64,000 nucleotides of DNA, from contig NW_013657667.1 of the NCBI RefSeq assembly GCF_000142905.1, forward strand, positions 68,801 to 132,800. Reading direction: 5' to 3'. Numbering within the stretch: position 1 is the stretch's first letter; each line of letters begins with the position of its first letter. The translations under genes were made by a program, and so were the position numbers. Below, piece after piece: positions 53,627 through 64,000 of the stretch. The stretch is from Thecamonas trahens ATCC 50062. Its lineage: Eukaryota > Protista > Apusomonadida. The notes under the pieces are model-generated. The model was not told where the DNA came from. It saw only the letters and a list, made by a program, of their open reading frames with translations, and did not search any database.

Positions 53627-55081
53627 TCAGCACTTGCAGGCATCCTGATGGGCGCCTGGGATGGAGGGGCAGGCGAGGGCGGTGACGTCGAAGATCGAGG
53701 TCGGGACGGCCGAGAAGCCTGCGGCGACGACGGGCAGGCCGTGGAAAACCGCGACGTGCAGGGAAAAGTCCAGCTTCGGCTCCTTGATGGTCACGCCGTC
53801 GATGGGAGGGATAGGAATGACCATGTCGGCGAGCTTGGCGTTGAGCGCGACGACCTCCTTGGCTGCCGCGCCTTTGATGGCATCGGCGACAAAGGCCGAC
53901 ACGTTGCCGACCTTGAGCGAGAGCAGCGAGGCCGAGGCCTCAAATCCGGCGCGCGAGGCGTTGTACACCACTGAGACGCCGGCCAGGGCGTCAAAGGTGG
54001 GCGCGCCGAAGAAGTTGCCGCCGAGGTAGATACTTGCCGACGCGTTAACCTGGATGGTCATGTCCGCGGCGACAGCGGCCGGGCCAAAGGTGACCACAGG
54101 GGCAGCGGTGACCTTGGCATTACCAGTCAGCGCTTGGCCGAGTACCGTCGCGTTGATGACCATCTGCAGCTTGCCGGCCTTCCACAGCGCCCATGCAACG
54201 TTTGACGCCAGCGCATCCGAGATTGCAAACGCGGCCTGGCTCGACGGCGCCGAGACAAGCGGCGTGAGATCCGGCAGCGGGCCAGCTGGCTTGAACGGCG
54301 CCGGCAAATGCTGACCAGACGCAACGTCCGCAACAGCGACATCGGCGTCTATGATCAGCCCGTCCTTGCCGTTGAACGATGCGCCGGCAGCGTCAAATAT
54401 CCACGCCAGCCCGATAGTCTCGTCGACCACATGGGCATACGGGATTTTGGCAGCGATGCGGGCAAGTGCGGCGTCCATGGCCTTGCTCACGGCGGCCTTG
54501 GCCACGGCTTCGATGCTCGCCACGTCGTCGCGAATCTTGTCGGCAATCTTGGAGCAGAGCGAGACGGTCGGCAGCGTGACGGCCACCGAGACCTCGTTCG
54601 CCGCCAGAGCAACGTGCCCGTCAGTAGCAACAGTCAGCGCCGTGCCGAGCCCACCCTTGGCCTCAACCACAACCTCGGCCGATCCCGAGCAGCCAAATAG
54701 CTTGCTGCATCCGCCGACGATCTCGCGAGCACAGAGCCGGTAGCCCGAGGTGTAGGTGATGCCGGCCGTGTAGCCGATGGCCAAGCCCGAGGCGTCGCCG
54801 GTCTCCACCGCCAGCTCCAGCTGCAGGCCCGAAAGCTTCTGGCTCTGCAGGCAGAGATGGACGGTCTTGGCGCCGACGTTGTCGTAGCAGCAATCGGACG
54901 GGACCTCCATGAGTGCCGTTACATCGGCCACAATGGTGGCGTGCTCGGCCTGGAGGAGGGCGTTCATGGCCGAGGCAGGTAGGCCAAAGCCGCCCGAGGG
55001 GATGCCCTCTGCCACAGTCGCCCACACGACGACCATGGTCACAGCAACTGCCGCCATCAGCGAGCTTGTCGTCTTCACCAT
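53627..55081 (-). CDS. Secreted protein, probable BPI/LBP (TULIP) lipid-binding fold
   Basis: Signal peptide MVKTTSSLMAAVAVTMVVVWATVAEG. About 485 aa with alternating beta-strands and long helices, and AISDALASNVAWALWKAGKL resembling the start of the BPI C-domain. Confidence 0.6.
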   Translation of the reverse strand: MVKTTSSLMAAVAVTMVVVWATVAEGIPSGGFGLPASAMNALLQAEHATIVADVTALMEVPSDCCYDNVGAKTVHLCLQSQKLSGLQLELAVETGDASGLAIGYTAGITYTSGYRLCAREIVGGCSKLFGCSGSAEVVVEAKGGLGTALTVATDGHVALAANEVSVAVTLPTVSLCSKIADKIRDDVASIEAVAKAAVSKAMDAALARIAAKIPYAHVVDETIGLAWIFDAAGASFNGKDGLIIDADVAVADVASGQHLPAPFKPAGPLPDLTPLVSAPSSQAAFAISDALASNVAWALWKAGKLQMVINATVLGQALTGNAKVTAAPVVTFGPAAVAADMTIQVNASASIYLGGNFFGAPTFDALAGVSVVYNASRAGFEASASLLSLKVGNVSAFVADAIKGAAAKEVVALNAKLADMVIPIPPIDGVTIKEPKLDFSLHVAVFHGLPVVAAGFSAVPTSIFDVTALACPSIPGAHQDACKC

Positions 55082-55187
55082 GACTATGCCTAACAGACGA
55101 GACAATTGGTGTGTCGTCCGTCTTGTTGTAGTGCTGCTGTGTTGGTGGCAGGGGGGACGGCAGGCCGTTGCCGACACGCAGCTCGCC

Positions 55188-55508
55188 GGCTGGCCACACA
55201 TCGCCCGTAGGCTGGTCACACATCGCCCGTAGGCTGGCCACACATCGCCCGTAGGCTGGTCACACATCGCCCGTAGGCTGGTCACACATCGCCCGTAGGC
55301 TGGCCACACATCGCCCGTAGGCTGGTCACACATCGCCCGTAGGCTGGCCACACATCGCCCGTAGGCTGGCCACACATCGCCCGTAGGCTGGCCACACATC
55401 GCCCGTAGGCTGGTCATACATCGCCCGTAGGCTGGCCACACATCGCCCGTAGGCTGGTCATACATCGCCCGTAGGCTGGCCACACATCGCCCGTAGGCTG
55501 GTCATACA
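55188..55508. repeat. 22-bp minisatellite GGCTGGYCAYACATCGCCCGTA, 14 full copies plus a partial copy
   Basis: Head-to-tail exact 22-nt period with two variable positions and no spacers. Confidence 0.98.
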
Positions 55509-55625
55509 CCGACGCCCACCCCTCCGCGCCCATCGGCCGGATCCATCACCGCACACACTTCTCCCTACAGCCCCACCAGCCGCCCACCAGCCACCTACAC
55601 CTTTCTCGTCACATATACCTGAGTC

Positions 55626-56697
55626 ATGGCGGTGAACGACCAGTTCCGCATGGTCTGCCCTGTGGAGACCGTCGCTCCGCGGGTCCGATCGGCTCCCATC
55701 CCGGAGGCAGAGGCCATGGCCACGTCAGGGTCTACTACATCCGGCGGAGCAAGCCAAAGTAGCAACAAGCACGGTGAGGGGAAGACCACAGAGGGCTCTG
55801 TCCCTGCTGCCAAACACCTGCTCACAGCAACAGCTGCGCGCGCAAAGGCCGCAGCCGCGGCTGCGGCCGAGGGCAACCGGGTCGACGGCCGCCACACCGC
55901 CGCCTTCCGCGACATCCGTACGATAACCATGACAGGAAGCGATGGGGATGGGGGGGGGGGGGGGAGATGGGAAGAGACACAGACAGAGAGAGAGAGAGAG
56001 CCATACTCACGATCGATCTTGATAATGTGGGCATACACGCGGGGGGGATGATGCAGACATGGCGCTGGGACTGGTGAGCCCGGCGGCAGGCTCGGCTTAT
56101 GTGGAGCTCGGTGGGACCAAGGTGGTGGCTGCGGTGTACGGGCCGAAGCCTTCGTTTGATGCCCAGTTTACGGCGTCTGCCAACGTGGAGACCCACGTGT
56201 CGAGCGCTCCGTTTGCCGCTGCGGGCGAGCGGACGTCGTACGTGCCGTCGGATTCCGATGCCGAGGCCTCTCTGCTGGTGCAGGCTGCGCTGGCGGCGGC
56301 GGTCCGCCGCGATGCGTACCCCAAGTCGACCATCGAGGTCCGACTGCTGGTGCTGGAAGATGACGGCGCAACGACAGGCGCGTGCGTGTCGGCGGCGTCG
56401 CTCGCGCTGGCCCACGCCGGCATCGAGATGTACGACCTTGCCGTCGGGGCGACCGTGGTCCAGCTTGGCGACGCGTTGCTGGTCGACCCGTCGCGGCCCG
56501 AGGAGGACGCTGCCCAAGGCGCGGTTGCCCTTGCGTACATGCCTGCTGTTGACGAGCTGTCGCAGTATGCACTGACCGGCCAGTTTGACCCTGCCACGCT
56601 TGCCACCGCCACCGAGTTGGCGCTCGACGCCGCACGCAAGTGGGCCGAGCTGATGCGGACCGTTCTCCGCGACTCGGTCACGGCCCAGTCCTCGTAG
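55626..56697 (+). CDS. EXOSC6: Exosome RNase PH-type subunit MTR3/EXOSC6. Exon1 55626..55917, intron 55918..56056
   Basis: RVDGR..FRDI|HMALGLVS.AAGSAYVELGGTKV.AAVYGP, YPKSTIEV..LVLEDDG and AGIEMYDL. Confidence 0.85.
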
Positions 56698-57672
56698 CTA
56701 CGGCGGAAGGACAACAATCTCGGCCCGCGAGACCTGCCACTCGCCTAACTCGCCCGACGGCCGCACGCTCCGCCGCAGCCGCACCAGCCCCAGCCGCCCA
56801 TCGCGGAGCGATCCCGGATTGAAGACAGGCACCATGCCGATGTGCCCCAGCCCCCACCCAGGATGTGTGTGCCCGTGCATGTTGACCGTCACAGCTGCTT
56901 GCATCTCCGGCCGCCGCAGTAGCCGCTCGAGCGCGCCCGAGCCCGTGAGCACCTCGCTCGCCGGCGGCGCACGCGGATACACCGTCGTCGAGCACCTGCT
57001 AGGTCCGCAGTGGGTGAGCAGCACAATCGAGGCCTTCTCGCTCGTACTCTTGCCCACCAACGGCCCCGCAACGCTTTCCAGCGCAGCCTCCAGCTGCTCC
57101 TCGGTCCACGGATACCCATCCCACACCTGTGCACCGTCGCCATCGAGCGCCGGCACCGAGCCGCCGCACCCGACCATGAGCAAGTCACGGGCGAGCGGAA
57201 CGACCGAGAGATGAGCCGAGTGCGTGCCGTCAACAAGCTGCGGAGAGCTGCATCCCGGCTGGTGTGCTACCGGAGGATCGTGGTTGCCCGGAATCCACAC
57301 CAGCGGCGCGTCGATGTTGGCGAGGATGTCGAGCAGCACCGCCACGTCGCCCTCGGCCGCCATCGCCGCCGCCGGCTGCTCCATCTCGGCCGTCTTGATG
57401 TTGGCCAGATCACCGAGGACAACTACCACATCAGGCGCGACTCCGTTGTCCGCCACCCATGCCACCGCCCGGTGCGCTTGCGCCACCTCGCCGTGGACGT
57501 CCGACACCACCACCATCCTCACCTCGTCGCCCGCTCGCGCCGCCTCGTCGGTCCACCCGACATACGCCGCCATGTTGCGCCTATTGCTGCTCGCCTCACC
57601 AACGCTGCCCACACTCACGTGCGCCTCTTCCTCTCTGCTTGTTCCAGCCGTACCGCCAGCTGCCTCGGCCAT
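56698..57672 (-). CDS. Calcineurin-like metallophosphoesterase (Icc-related); start uncertain
   Basis: SDVHG, LGDLAN, PGNHD, LTHCGP, HGHTH and NPGSL motifs. Confidence 0.88.
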   Translation of the reverse strand: MAEAAGGTAGTSREEEAHVSVGSVGEASSNRRNMAAYVGWTDEAARAGDEVRMVVVSDVHGEVAQAHRAVAWVADNGVAPDVVVVLGDLANIKTAEMEQPAAAMAAEGDVAVLLDILANIDAPLVWIPGNHDPPVAHQPGCSSPQLVDGTHSAHLSVVPLARDLLMVGCGGSVPALDGDGAQVWDGYPWTEEQLEAALESVAGPLVGKSTSEKASIVLLTHCGPSRCSTTVYPRAPPASEVLTGSGALERLLRRPEMQAAVTVNMHGHTHPGWGLGHIGMVPVFNPGSLRDGRLGLVRLRRSVRPSGELGEWQVSRAEIVVLPP

Positions 57673-57834
57673 GCCTCTTGTTCGCCTGCTACAGTCGACA
57701 GTCAAGTGGCTTGGAGCGCCGAGGAGGCCGCCGCCACCACCCCCACCTCCCGGAATGGCCTCGCGCACTGCGGCAGGGACATGGACGGTCAACCGATCAT
57801 CATTTATCGTCTCTGCACGACCATGGCATGGCGA

Positions 57835-58995
57835 TCAGTACGACGGCGCCGGGGCCTGGTAGAAGCCTGGCGGCGGCGGGGCGCCCTGCGGCTGGCCATA
57901 CGGCTGCGGCTGCGAGCCGTACTGTGGCTGCGGCTGGGCGTAAGGCTGCTGGCCGTACGGCGCAGGCTGGGCCTGGGCGTACGGGGCGGCACCGCCGCGG
58001 TTGCCGACAGCCTGATACGACTTGCCGCCGTTACGGGTGCGGAGCCAGTTGGCGACAAACCAGAGAGAGCCGTAGACGCCGCAGCAGAAGAAGCCACCGA
58101 TGGCAAAGAAGACAATGGCGAGGAGGAGGAGCGCAGCGCGCGAGAGGCCAAAGTTGAACGTACCGTCGGTGATGTGGCCGAGCGCAATGTATGGGTCGTC
58201 CTTGTTGCGGATGACAACCGGAACCGAGGAGAACGAAGCCGAGCCGGTCGAGAGGACCGAGACCTCGTAGTCGGTGCAGATTGCGCGCTGCTGCCGGGTG
58301 TATGCCAGGCAGGGGAAGCACCCGTTGCCGCCAAACTCACCCGAGACCGCGTACTGCGACGACGAGTCGAGCGTGACCTTGAGGCAGACCTGGGACATGT
58401 ACGCCACAAACCGGCACTCCGAGCCGGTCCACGAGCCACCGTCGTCCTGGCACACCTGCGAGCACGACGGGCTGTTGTTGTTGCTGCTCGAGCTGCTCGA
58501 CCGAGTCGACGAGCCCGACGTGCTCGTCGTCGAGCACGTTTGCGAGAGCTGCGACGGGCTCTTGGTCGTCGACTGCTTGGTCGTGATCACCGTGTTGAGC
58601 GTCTTGGATGGCGAGCCCTGCTGCGTCGCCTGAACGCTCCACGAGTACGTGCCCGAGCTGTCCGACGGCACTGGAGCATCCAGCCCGGTCGTGGTGTACT
58701 TGAGCGCCGTGTATGTGTGCAAGCCCTTGGTGTCCGAGTCACGGATCGGATCGGCAGATGTGTCGGCCGAGAACGTGCCCGAGACTCCGCTCGGCGGGTC
58801 CAAGTTGACAAACGTGGCCTGCTCGAACGAGGTCCGCACGCCCGTGTTCCACGTGTCGACCGCCGCGTTGTACTTCTTCACCTGATCCGCCCGCGAGTTG
58901 GCCGCTGCTGCCGCCAGGAAGATGACCGCCACCAGCAGCAGAATCGGCCCGATGCACAGGCAGCAGCACGCGCAGCCGAGAATGTGCCGGCCCAT
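57835..58995 (-). CDS. Two-TM membrane protein with cysteine-containing ectodomain and P/Y/Q-rich tail; an additional 5' exon is possible
   Basis: Cys-rich first TM (GCACCCLCIGPILLL), second TM LLLLAIVFFAIGGFFCC and QPYG repeats. Confidence 0.75.
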   Translation of the reverse strand: MGRHILGCACCCLCIGPILLLVAVIFLAAAAANSRADQVKKYNAAVDTWNTGVRTSFEQATFVNLDPPSGVSGTFSADTSADPIRDSDTKGLHTYTALKYTTTGLDAPVPSDSSGTYSWSVQATQQGSPSKTLNTVITTKQSTTKSPSQLSQTCSTTSTSGSSTRSSSSSSNNNSPSCSQVCQDDGGSWTGSECRFVAYMSQVCLKVTLDSSSQYAVSGEFGGNGCFPCLAYTRQQRAICTDYEVSVLSTGSASFSSVPVVIRNKDDPYIALGHITDGTFNFGLSRAALLLLAIVFFAIGGFFCCGVYGSLWFVANWLRTRNGGKSYQAVGNRGGAAPYAQAQPAPYGQQPYAQPQPQYGSQPQPYGQPQGAPPPPGFYQAPAPSY

Positions 58996-59589
58996 CTCCA
59001 GCAGATCGCGGTAGAGCGAAAAGATGAACGAGCCTATCCCCCCCGCCACATCCCATCCATTCCAGTCCGTCCCAGCCCATCTCTACCATGAGTTCCCCTC
59101 CTGTCGTCGTCCTTGCCTCCCCACAGCCATATCGTTTGCTTTGGAAGAAAAAAGTCGAACCGCCCGGAAAAAGGCTGCACGCCCACAAGCGGAGCCCCTC
59201 CTTGGCCACCTGCTACAAAGAGCAGAGAGACAGCAGGAGCCTCTTTGACTCTTCACCACCCACCCATTTGTCCCCATCCCATCCTCTCCCTGCCGCTCCT
59301 CTCCTCACAAAGGTCCACGGCCATCCCCACCCACCATCCGCACACGGGTCTGTCGCACATGCAACAGCGCCGCCATCCTGCAGGCCACCACCACCACCAC
59401 CACCACCACCACCACCACCACCACCGCCACCACCGCAGTCCGTACCCTTGCCCTCACCACGGGCTTCACCCTTGCCCTTGCCCAGACCCTTGCCAAGACC
59501 CATGTTTGTTGACAACGCAGGGAGAAGTGTGCCCTCCCCCAACCCGCCTCCATCACCCCCCCCCCCCCCCCCCCCCTCGTCCCCTCCAT

Positions 59590-59771
59590 NNNNNNNNNNN
59601 NNNNNNNNNNNNNNNNNNNNNNNNNNNNNNNNNNNNNNNNNNNNNNNNNNNNNNNNNNNNNNNNNNNNNNNNNNNNNNNNNNNNNNNNNNNNNNNNNNNN
59701 NNNNNNNNNNNNNNNNNNNNNNNNNNNNNNNNNNNNNNNNNNNNNNNNNNNNNNNNNNNNNNNNNNNNNNN
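59590..59771. other. Assembly gap (N run) flanked by C-rich sequence
   Basis: Run of N. Confidence 1.
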
Positions 59772-59911
59772 GCAGTCCCCCCCCCCCCCTCCGTCCCCTC
59801 CCCTCCCCTCCCCTTCCCAAGGCAGTGACAGCTGCAACCAAATCCGCTAACCAGCCAACAGCTGCCAACCACCAAACTACTCCCGCGAGCCACGACACCC
59901 GACTCGGCGCC

Positions 59912-61952
59912 ATGAGCCTCCCGTTCCTTCCGGGCAACACGTTCAACGACCCTTGCCGCCAGTCGTACGCACGGTCACAGACGCTTCAGTACAACAACGG
60001 ATATGCTGTCCCTGCCACCCTCGGCACCACTCCTGCTGCTATGGGGCTGGATGACGATGCTCTCGAGTCTTACGCAGGCTCTGACCCCAGTACGTGCCTC
60101 ACAGCCGTTGGTGGCCAATGCCGTGTCTGGGTGACCTGCCCCGCAATGCCGCTGGCCACCGCCTGCCACCAAACGGTCCCCTCCCCAGCACCCTCCCGCC
60201 CAAATTTAGTACCACCCGCCCACACCTACCACAGCCATACCTACTGCCACAGCCATCCCTTCCACCTTCCACCCCCCCCCCACCCAGTCTGCCACTAACT
60301 TACCCACCCCCCCTCCCTTTTGTTCATATCCTCTTGATGCCGTAGTGCTGACCTACGGGGCTGACTTTGCCGCCACTCGCAAGGCCGCCCAGGTTCAGCC
60401 GTTTGTGCCGGCCTACGTCAAGCTCGACAAGGTCGTCCTTCGTTTCGGTGCCTACTTTCAGGAGGCCGTGCCCGAGTCGCCGGACGAGACGTATCGTGTC
60501 CGGCGAGTCACTCTCTCAGTTTTTGTGGAGGACGACTCGGTTCAGATCGATGAGGCCAAGACGCCCAACTCGGGCCTGGTCCAGGGTGTCCTGCTCAAGC
60601 GCCAACTGGTGCCCAAGCCCGACGGCTCGCTCTACACCCTCGACGACTTTAACGTCGGCCTCCTTGTGCCCATCTACGGCCGCACGTACAAGATCACCTC
60701 GGCCGATGACTACACTCGCAAGTTCCTCGCCGAGCGCGGCGTCGCTGTTGCCGACGATCTCCCGCAGCCGCGCAACCCGTACGACGACAAGCGTGCCGCC
60801 GCCGCCGCCCTCGTCCACACCCATACACCTGACATTGAGAACGACAAGCTCGCCAAGTTCCTCGCTCACGACCGCCAGGTCCTTCGTTTCTTCTGTGTCT
60901 GGGACGACCGCGACAAGTACTCCAAGCAGCTCCGCCCGTTCAATGTCCACTTCTTCCTCGCCGACGACACCGTCGAGGTTCGCGAAGTCCGCACCAACAA
61001 CGACGGCCGCGATCCATTCCCACTCCTCCTCAACCGCAACAAGCTTCCCATCCACCACGACAAGCTGCCGGCGCCCGGCGACCCGCCGCCAGCCTTCTAC
61101 AACGCGCGCGACTTTTTCATCGGCATGACTCTCAACGTCTTTGGCCGCCCTTTCCTCGTCTACGACTGCGACGGCTTTACGCGCAAGTTTTACGCAGACG
61201 TCTTTGGCCGCGCCATGGAGCCCATCACTCTCACCCAGTCGGCCCCGCCGCCGCCCGTCGTCGAAGTCCCGCCACACACCGGGTTCGGCACGCAAGCAGA
61301 CTCGCTCGGCTCCGTCAACCGCCTGGCCCCGGCCCCGCCCCGCCGCGACTACGTCAAGCTTGCCAAGAACGAGGGTAAGGTCCTCCGCTTTGAGGCCTCC
61401 ATGATCACCACCGCCACTGTCGACCTTAACCGCAAGTTCATCGTCTCCTACTTTCTGGCAGACGACACCATGTCTGTCTTTGAGCCTCCCGTCCGCAACT
61501 CGGGCATCCTCGGCGGCAAGTTCCTTGACCGCACCCGCTGCACCTACCCAGGCACAGACACCGTCTACGAGCCGCAGGACCTGTACATCGGTGCCACTGT
61601 CGACCTCTACGGCCACAAGTTTGTCCTCACAAACGCCGACGAGTACGCACTCTCCTACATGGAGCAGCGTCCGCACCTCTACCCGCGCGCAAACATCCAG
61701 CTCATCAAGGCCAAGCTTGCCTCGGGCCTCGACGACTTTGTCAACGCTGCCACCATTCACGCCTCGGCCTCTCCCGACGGCCTCGTCTCCGCTGACGAGT
61801 TCCAGGACGCCTGCTTTGCCACCGGCGTGCCCGACCTTGTTGGCCACGAGGTCCTCTCGCTCATGCGCGCCATCGACTCGGACGCCTCGGGCCGCTTTGA
61901 CATCATGGCTCTTGTCGACGAGCTCTCGGCCTCCTCTTCGCGTGCCGATTGA
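59912..61952 (+). CDS. EFHC1: EFHC1/Rib72 axonemal protein (3 DM10 domains plus EF-hand). Exon1 59912..60089, intron 60090..60345
   Basis: LPFLPGNTF..RSQTLQYNNGYA, three VLRF-initiated DM10 repeats, RNSGILGGKFL and ADEYALSYME. Confidence 0.95.
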
Positions 61953-62002
61953 TCCATTGAACTTGCGCCAGTCTGCCTTCACCTCATCCCTGACGTTGCC
62001 AT

Positions 62003-62837
62003 TTACTCGTCATCATCATCGTCAAAGTCGCTCTCGTCGTCGTCGTCTCCACCCGCCACACTGGCCTTCATCACGTCCTCGAACCGCGGCGTCGTCACGC
62101 TCGGCGACGCCAGCGCCACCCCGCTTCCGCTTCCGCTTGTCGGAATCGGGAGTGGCAGCGGCAGCGGCGCAGTGCCTCCAGCTGTCGGCACCGGAACCGG
62201 GACCGGGACCGGAACTGGCCCTGCTGCAGACCCCTCGCCGGAGAGAGCCTTCTGCATCTTGACCGGCCGCGCCTCCTCGCTCTCGGAAGCCTTGCGCTTG
62301 CTTCCGGACGTGGATTCCGCCTTGACTCCTGCCTCTGCGCCGGAAGCCTCATGTCTCTTCCGCGCCGCCGCCTTGCTCGCCCGCTTGGCTGCCCGTGCCT
62401 CCTTGGCCTGCGCCTTGGCCATCTCCTCTGCATCCGCCTCGTCGTCTACATCAGGCGCGCCTTCGACTGTACTCTGGAGAAAGTCGAGAAGCGGACGATC
62501 TGCCACCATGGCCTTGACATGTGACGGCTTGATAAATGCTAGGCCCTTCGCACGAGCCCTCCGCCCCAGCGACTGGACCAGATCGTCGAGGAAGAACTCG
62601 ATGGCCTTGGAGATGATGAACGATGCCTCGGGTGCCACACGCCCCACCTCAGGATCAGACTGAATGATGGCCTTGATACGCGCCTGTTCGTTTTCCCGCC
62701 AGCCACCCCCCACGTCCACGCACCACGCACCAGCCCCCATGCCCCGCCCCACAAACAGCTCGTCAGTCGCTTTTGCCTGTTGCACTCGCGAGCAGCGTCG
62801 GTCCCGTTGCCTTTGCCTAGCTGCCACTTCCCCTACC

Positions 62838-62879
<42 letters not shown>

Positions 62880-62924
62880 ACATACCCGAGGGAACCGACA
62901 TGCAAACCGCTTGTTGGGTGCCAT
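62003..62924 (-). CDS. DRAP1: NC2 alpha / DR1-associated protein (histone fold). Exon1 62924..62886, intron 62885..62684
   Basis: MAPNKRFACRFPR|ARIKAIIQSDPEVGRVA...ISKAIEFFL...LDFL. Confidence 0.88.
62839..62874. repeat. (CA)n microsatellite inside the DRAP1 intron
   Basis: Visible directly. Confidence 0.9.
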
Positions 62925-63140
62925 GCCGCCAACAGGGGAGAGTTGCGTGTCTACTGCTGCCTGCTGCCTGCCGCCCGCCCCTCACACCTCGTCGCTCGCT
63001 CTCTGTCGCTCGCACCCCGTCAGCATCAGCGTTAGCCATCAGCCTGCTCACTCGAACTCTACCCGCCGTCTCTCTTGGCCGGACGGCCTCAGCATCACAC
63101 ACATTCCACATCTTTGCCTCAGCTCGCAGCGCCAGGGCTG

Positions 63141-64000
63141 TTACTCGATCGCTTCGCCGTGCAACCGAGCAAGCGCAGCCTGTCGCGCGGCAGCAAGCGC
63201 AGCACGCAGATTGCGGCCTTGGAGCTGGCGGACGACGCCAAAGAGCTCAATGAGAGCGGCATAGAGACTGTCCGCTCCGCCGGACTTGGCAAAATCAAGC
63301 AAGACATCGGGCGCCGGACGGGCACACAGTGCAAGCGCCATCGGCTTAAAGAGTAGCCACTCATCCGACCGTGGGTTGATGCCGCCGACTGCTTGGGCCA
63401 CAACTCTTCCCGACGTCCACCACGAGCCATGCAGCCAGCTGGCATGCAGCGCGCCGACGGCCCTACAGCTCGACGGTGCGCTCAGCGCATGAACAAGCGC
63501 CTCATGCGGCACATGCTGGAGCACACTCGCCACTGCCCGTGCGATCCGCTCGCAGCCAGAGACTGCGCCTGCGCGCGCCAGCGCGCACAGGGCGTCCTCA
63601 TCCAGCGCAGCTGCCCATCTGGCTGCCGAAAGACCCTCGACCATCATCACCACAGCGCCGGCGAGCCCTCGCTCGGCAGCAAGAATCAGCGGGTACCGGC
63701 CACACGGACCGGGCTCCATGTACTCGGCGCCATCGCGAAGGAGAGCCTCGGCCAGAGCGTCTGCCTCGGCGACCACTCCGGCGTCACGGACTCGCCGCGC
63801 GTCAAGTGCGTCGAGGAGCCGGAGCAGGCTGGTGATCTGTTGCCCACTCTCAGTCACATAGTGGCTGTTGACAGGCACTCCGCGGTCAAGCAGTGTGCGT
63901 GCAATGCCGAGATGCAGCTCGCCCAGTGCGTGGTGGAGTGGCGAGTGCGTCGCTGTCCACGCACCAGAGAGCTTCGGCTCGGTGACAGCATGCCGTGACG
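63141..64000 (-). CDS. 3' part of a hypothetical helical protein with a degenerate ankyrin-like motif; start probably beyond the window
   Basis: 245-aa ORF segment containing GRYPLILAAERG. Confidence 0.5.
   Translation of the reverse strand, partial: SRHAVTEPKLSGAWTATHSPLHHALGELHLGIARTLLDRGVPVNSHYVTESGQQITSLLRLLDALDARRVRDAGVVAEADALAEALLRDGAEYMEPGPCGRYPLILAAERGLAGAVVMMVEGLSAARWAAALDEDALCALARAGAVSGCERIARAVASVLQHVPHEALVHALSAPSSCRAVGALHASWLHGSWWTSGRVVAQAVGGINPRSDEWLLFKPMALALCARPAPDVLLDFAKSGGADSLYAALIELFGVVRQLQGRNLRAALAAARQAALARLHGEAIE

Noticed and set aside
55188-55508. CRISPR array, or the repeat-encoded N-terminus of ORF 53627..55483
   Set aside because: The repeats are head-to-tail with no spacers and no cas genes. 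The true start with signal peptide is at 55081.
57010-59091. Long antisense or alternative-frame ORFs (also 43421..44887, 49642..51015, 60516..61982)
   Set aside because: Shadow ORFs expected from high GC3 codon bias opposite real genes, with no recognisable motifs.
24567-61952. Functional clustering of cytoskeletal/ciliary genes (F-BAR, B9D1, ARP3, EFHC1)
   Set aside because: They are dispersed among unrelated genes, consistent with chance in a compact genome.

Overview
GC-rich, gene-dense eukaryotic nuclear DNA with about 30 genes, spliceosomal GT-AG introns and two assembly gaps. It comes from a flagellated protist (B9D1, EFHC1/Rib72, Arp3, a tyrosine-kinase-fold protein). The composition and gene content suggest an apusomonad such as Thecamonas, but that is inference. 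Recognisable genes include TFIIH p52, SART1, PGK, JMJD6-like, B9D1, ARP3, APC5, MTR3/EXOSC6, EFHC1, DRAP1, a CBL-type calcium sensor, an F-BAR/SH3 protein and an acetyl-CoA hydrolase/transferase. The best candidate for an undescribed system is a PLP cysteine-desulfurase domain fused to a TtcA-type PP-loop/CxxC thiolase, with a divergently oriented, putatively myristoylated desulfurase paralogue about 3.6 kb away. Other notable observations: an EGF/disintegrin-repeat receptor with two NPxF tail motifs; introns with G-rich rather than pyrimidine-rich 3' ends; convergent genes whose stop codons overlap or abut; a ZZ-finger pseudokinase; a PGK with an unknown N-terminal domain; a 22-bp minisatellite; and six single-base-loss frameshifts, most likely homopolymer sequencing errors. 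No rRNA, tRNA, CRISPR array or mobile element could be supported. All splice models were inferred by hand.
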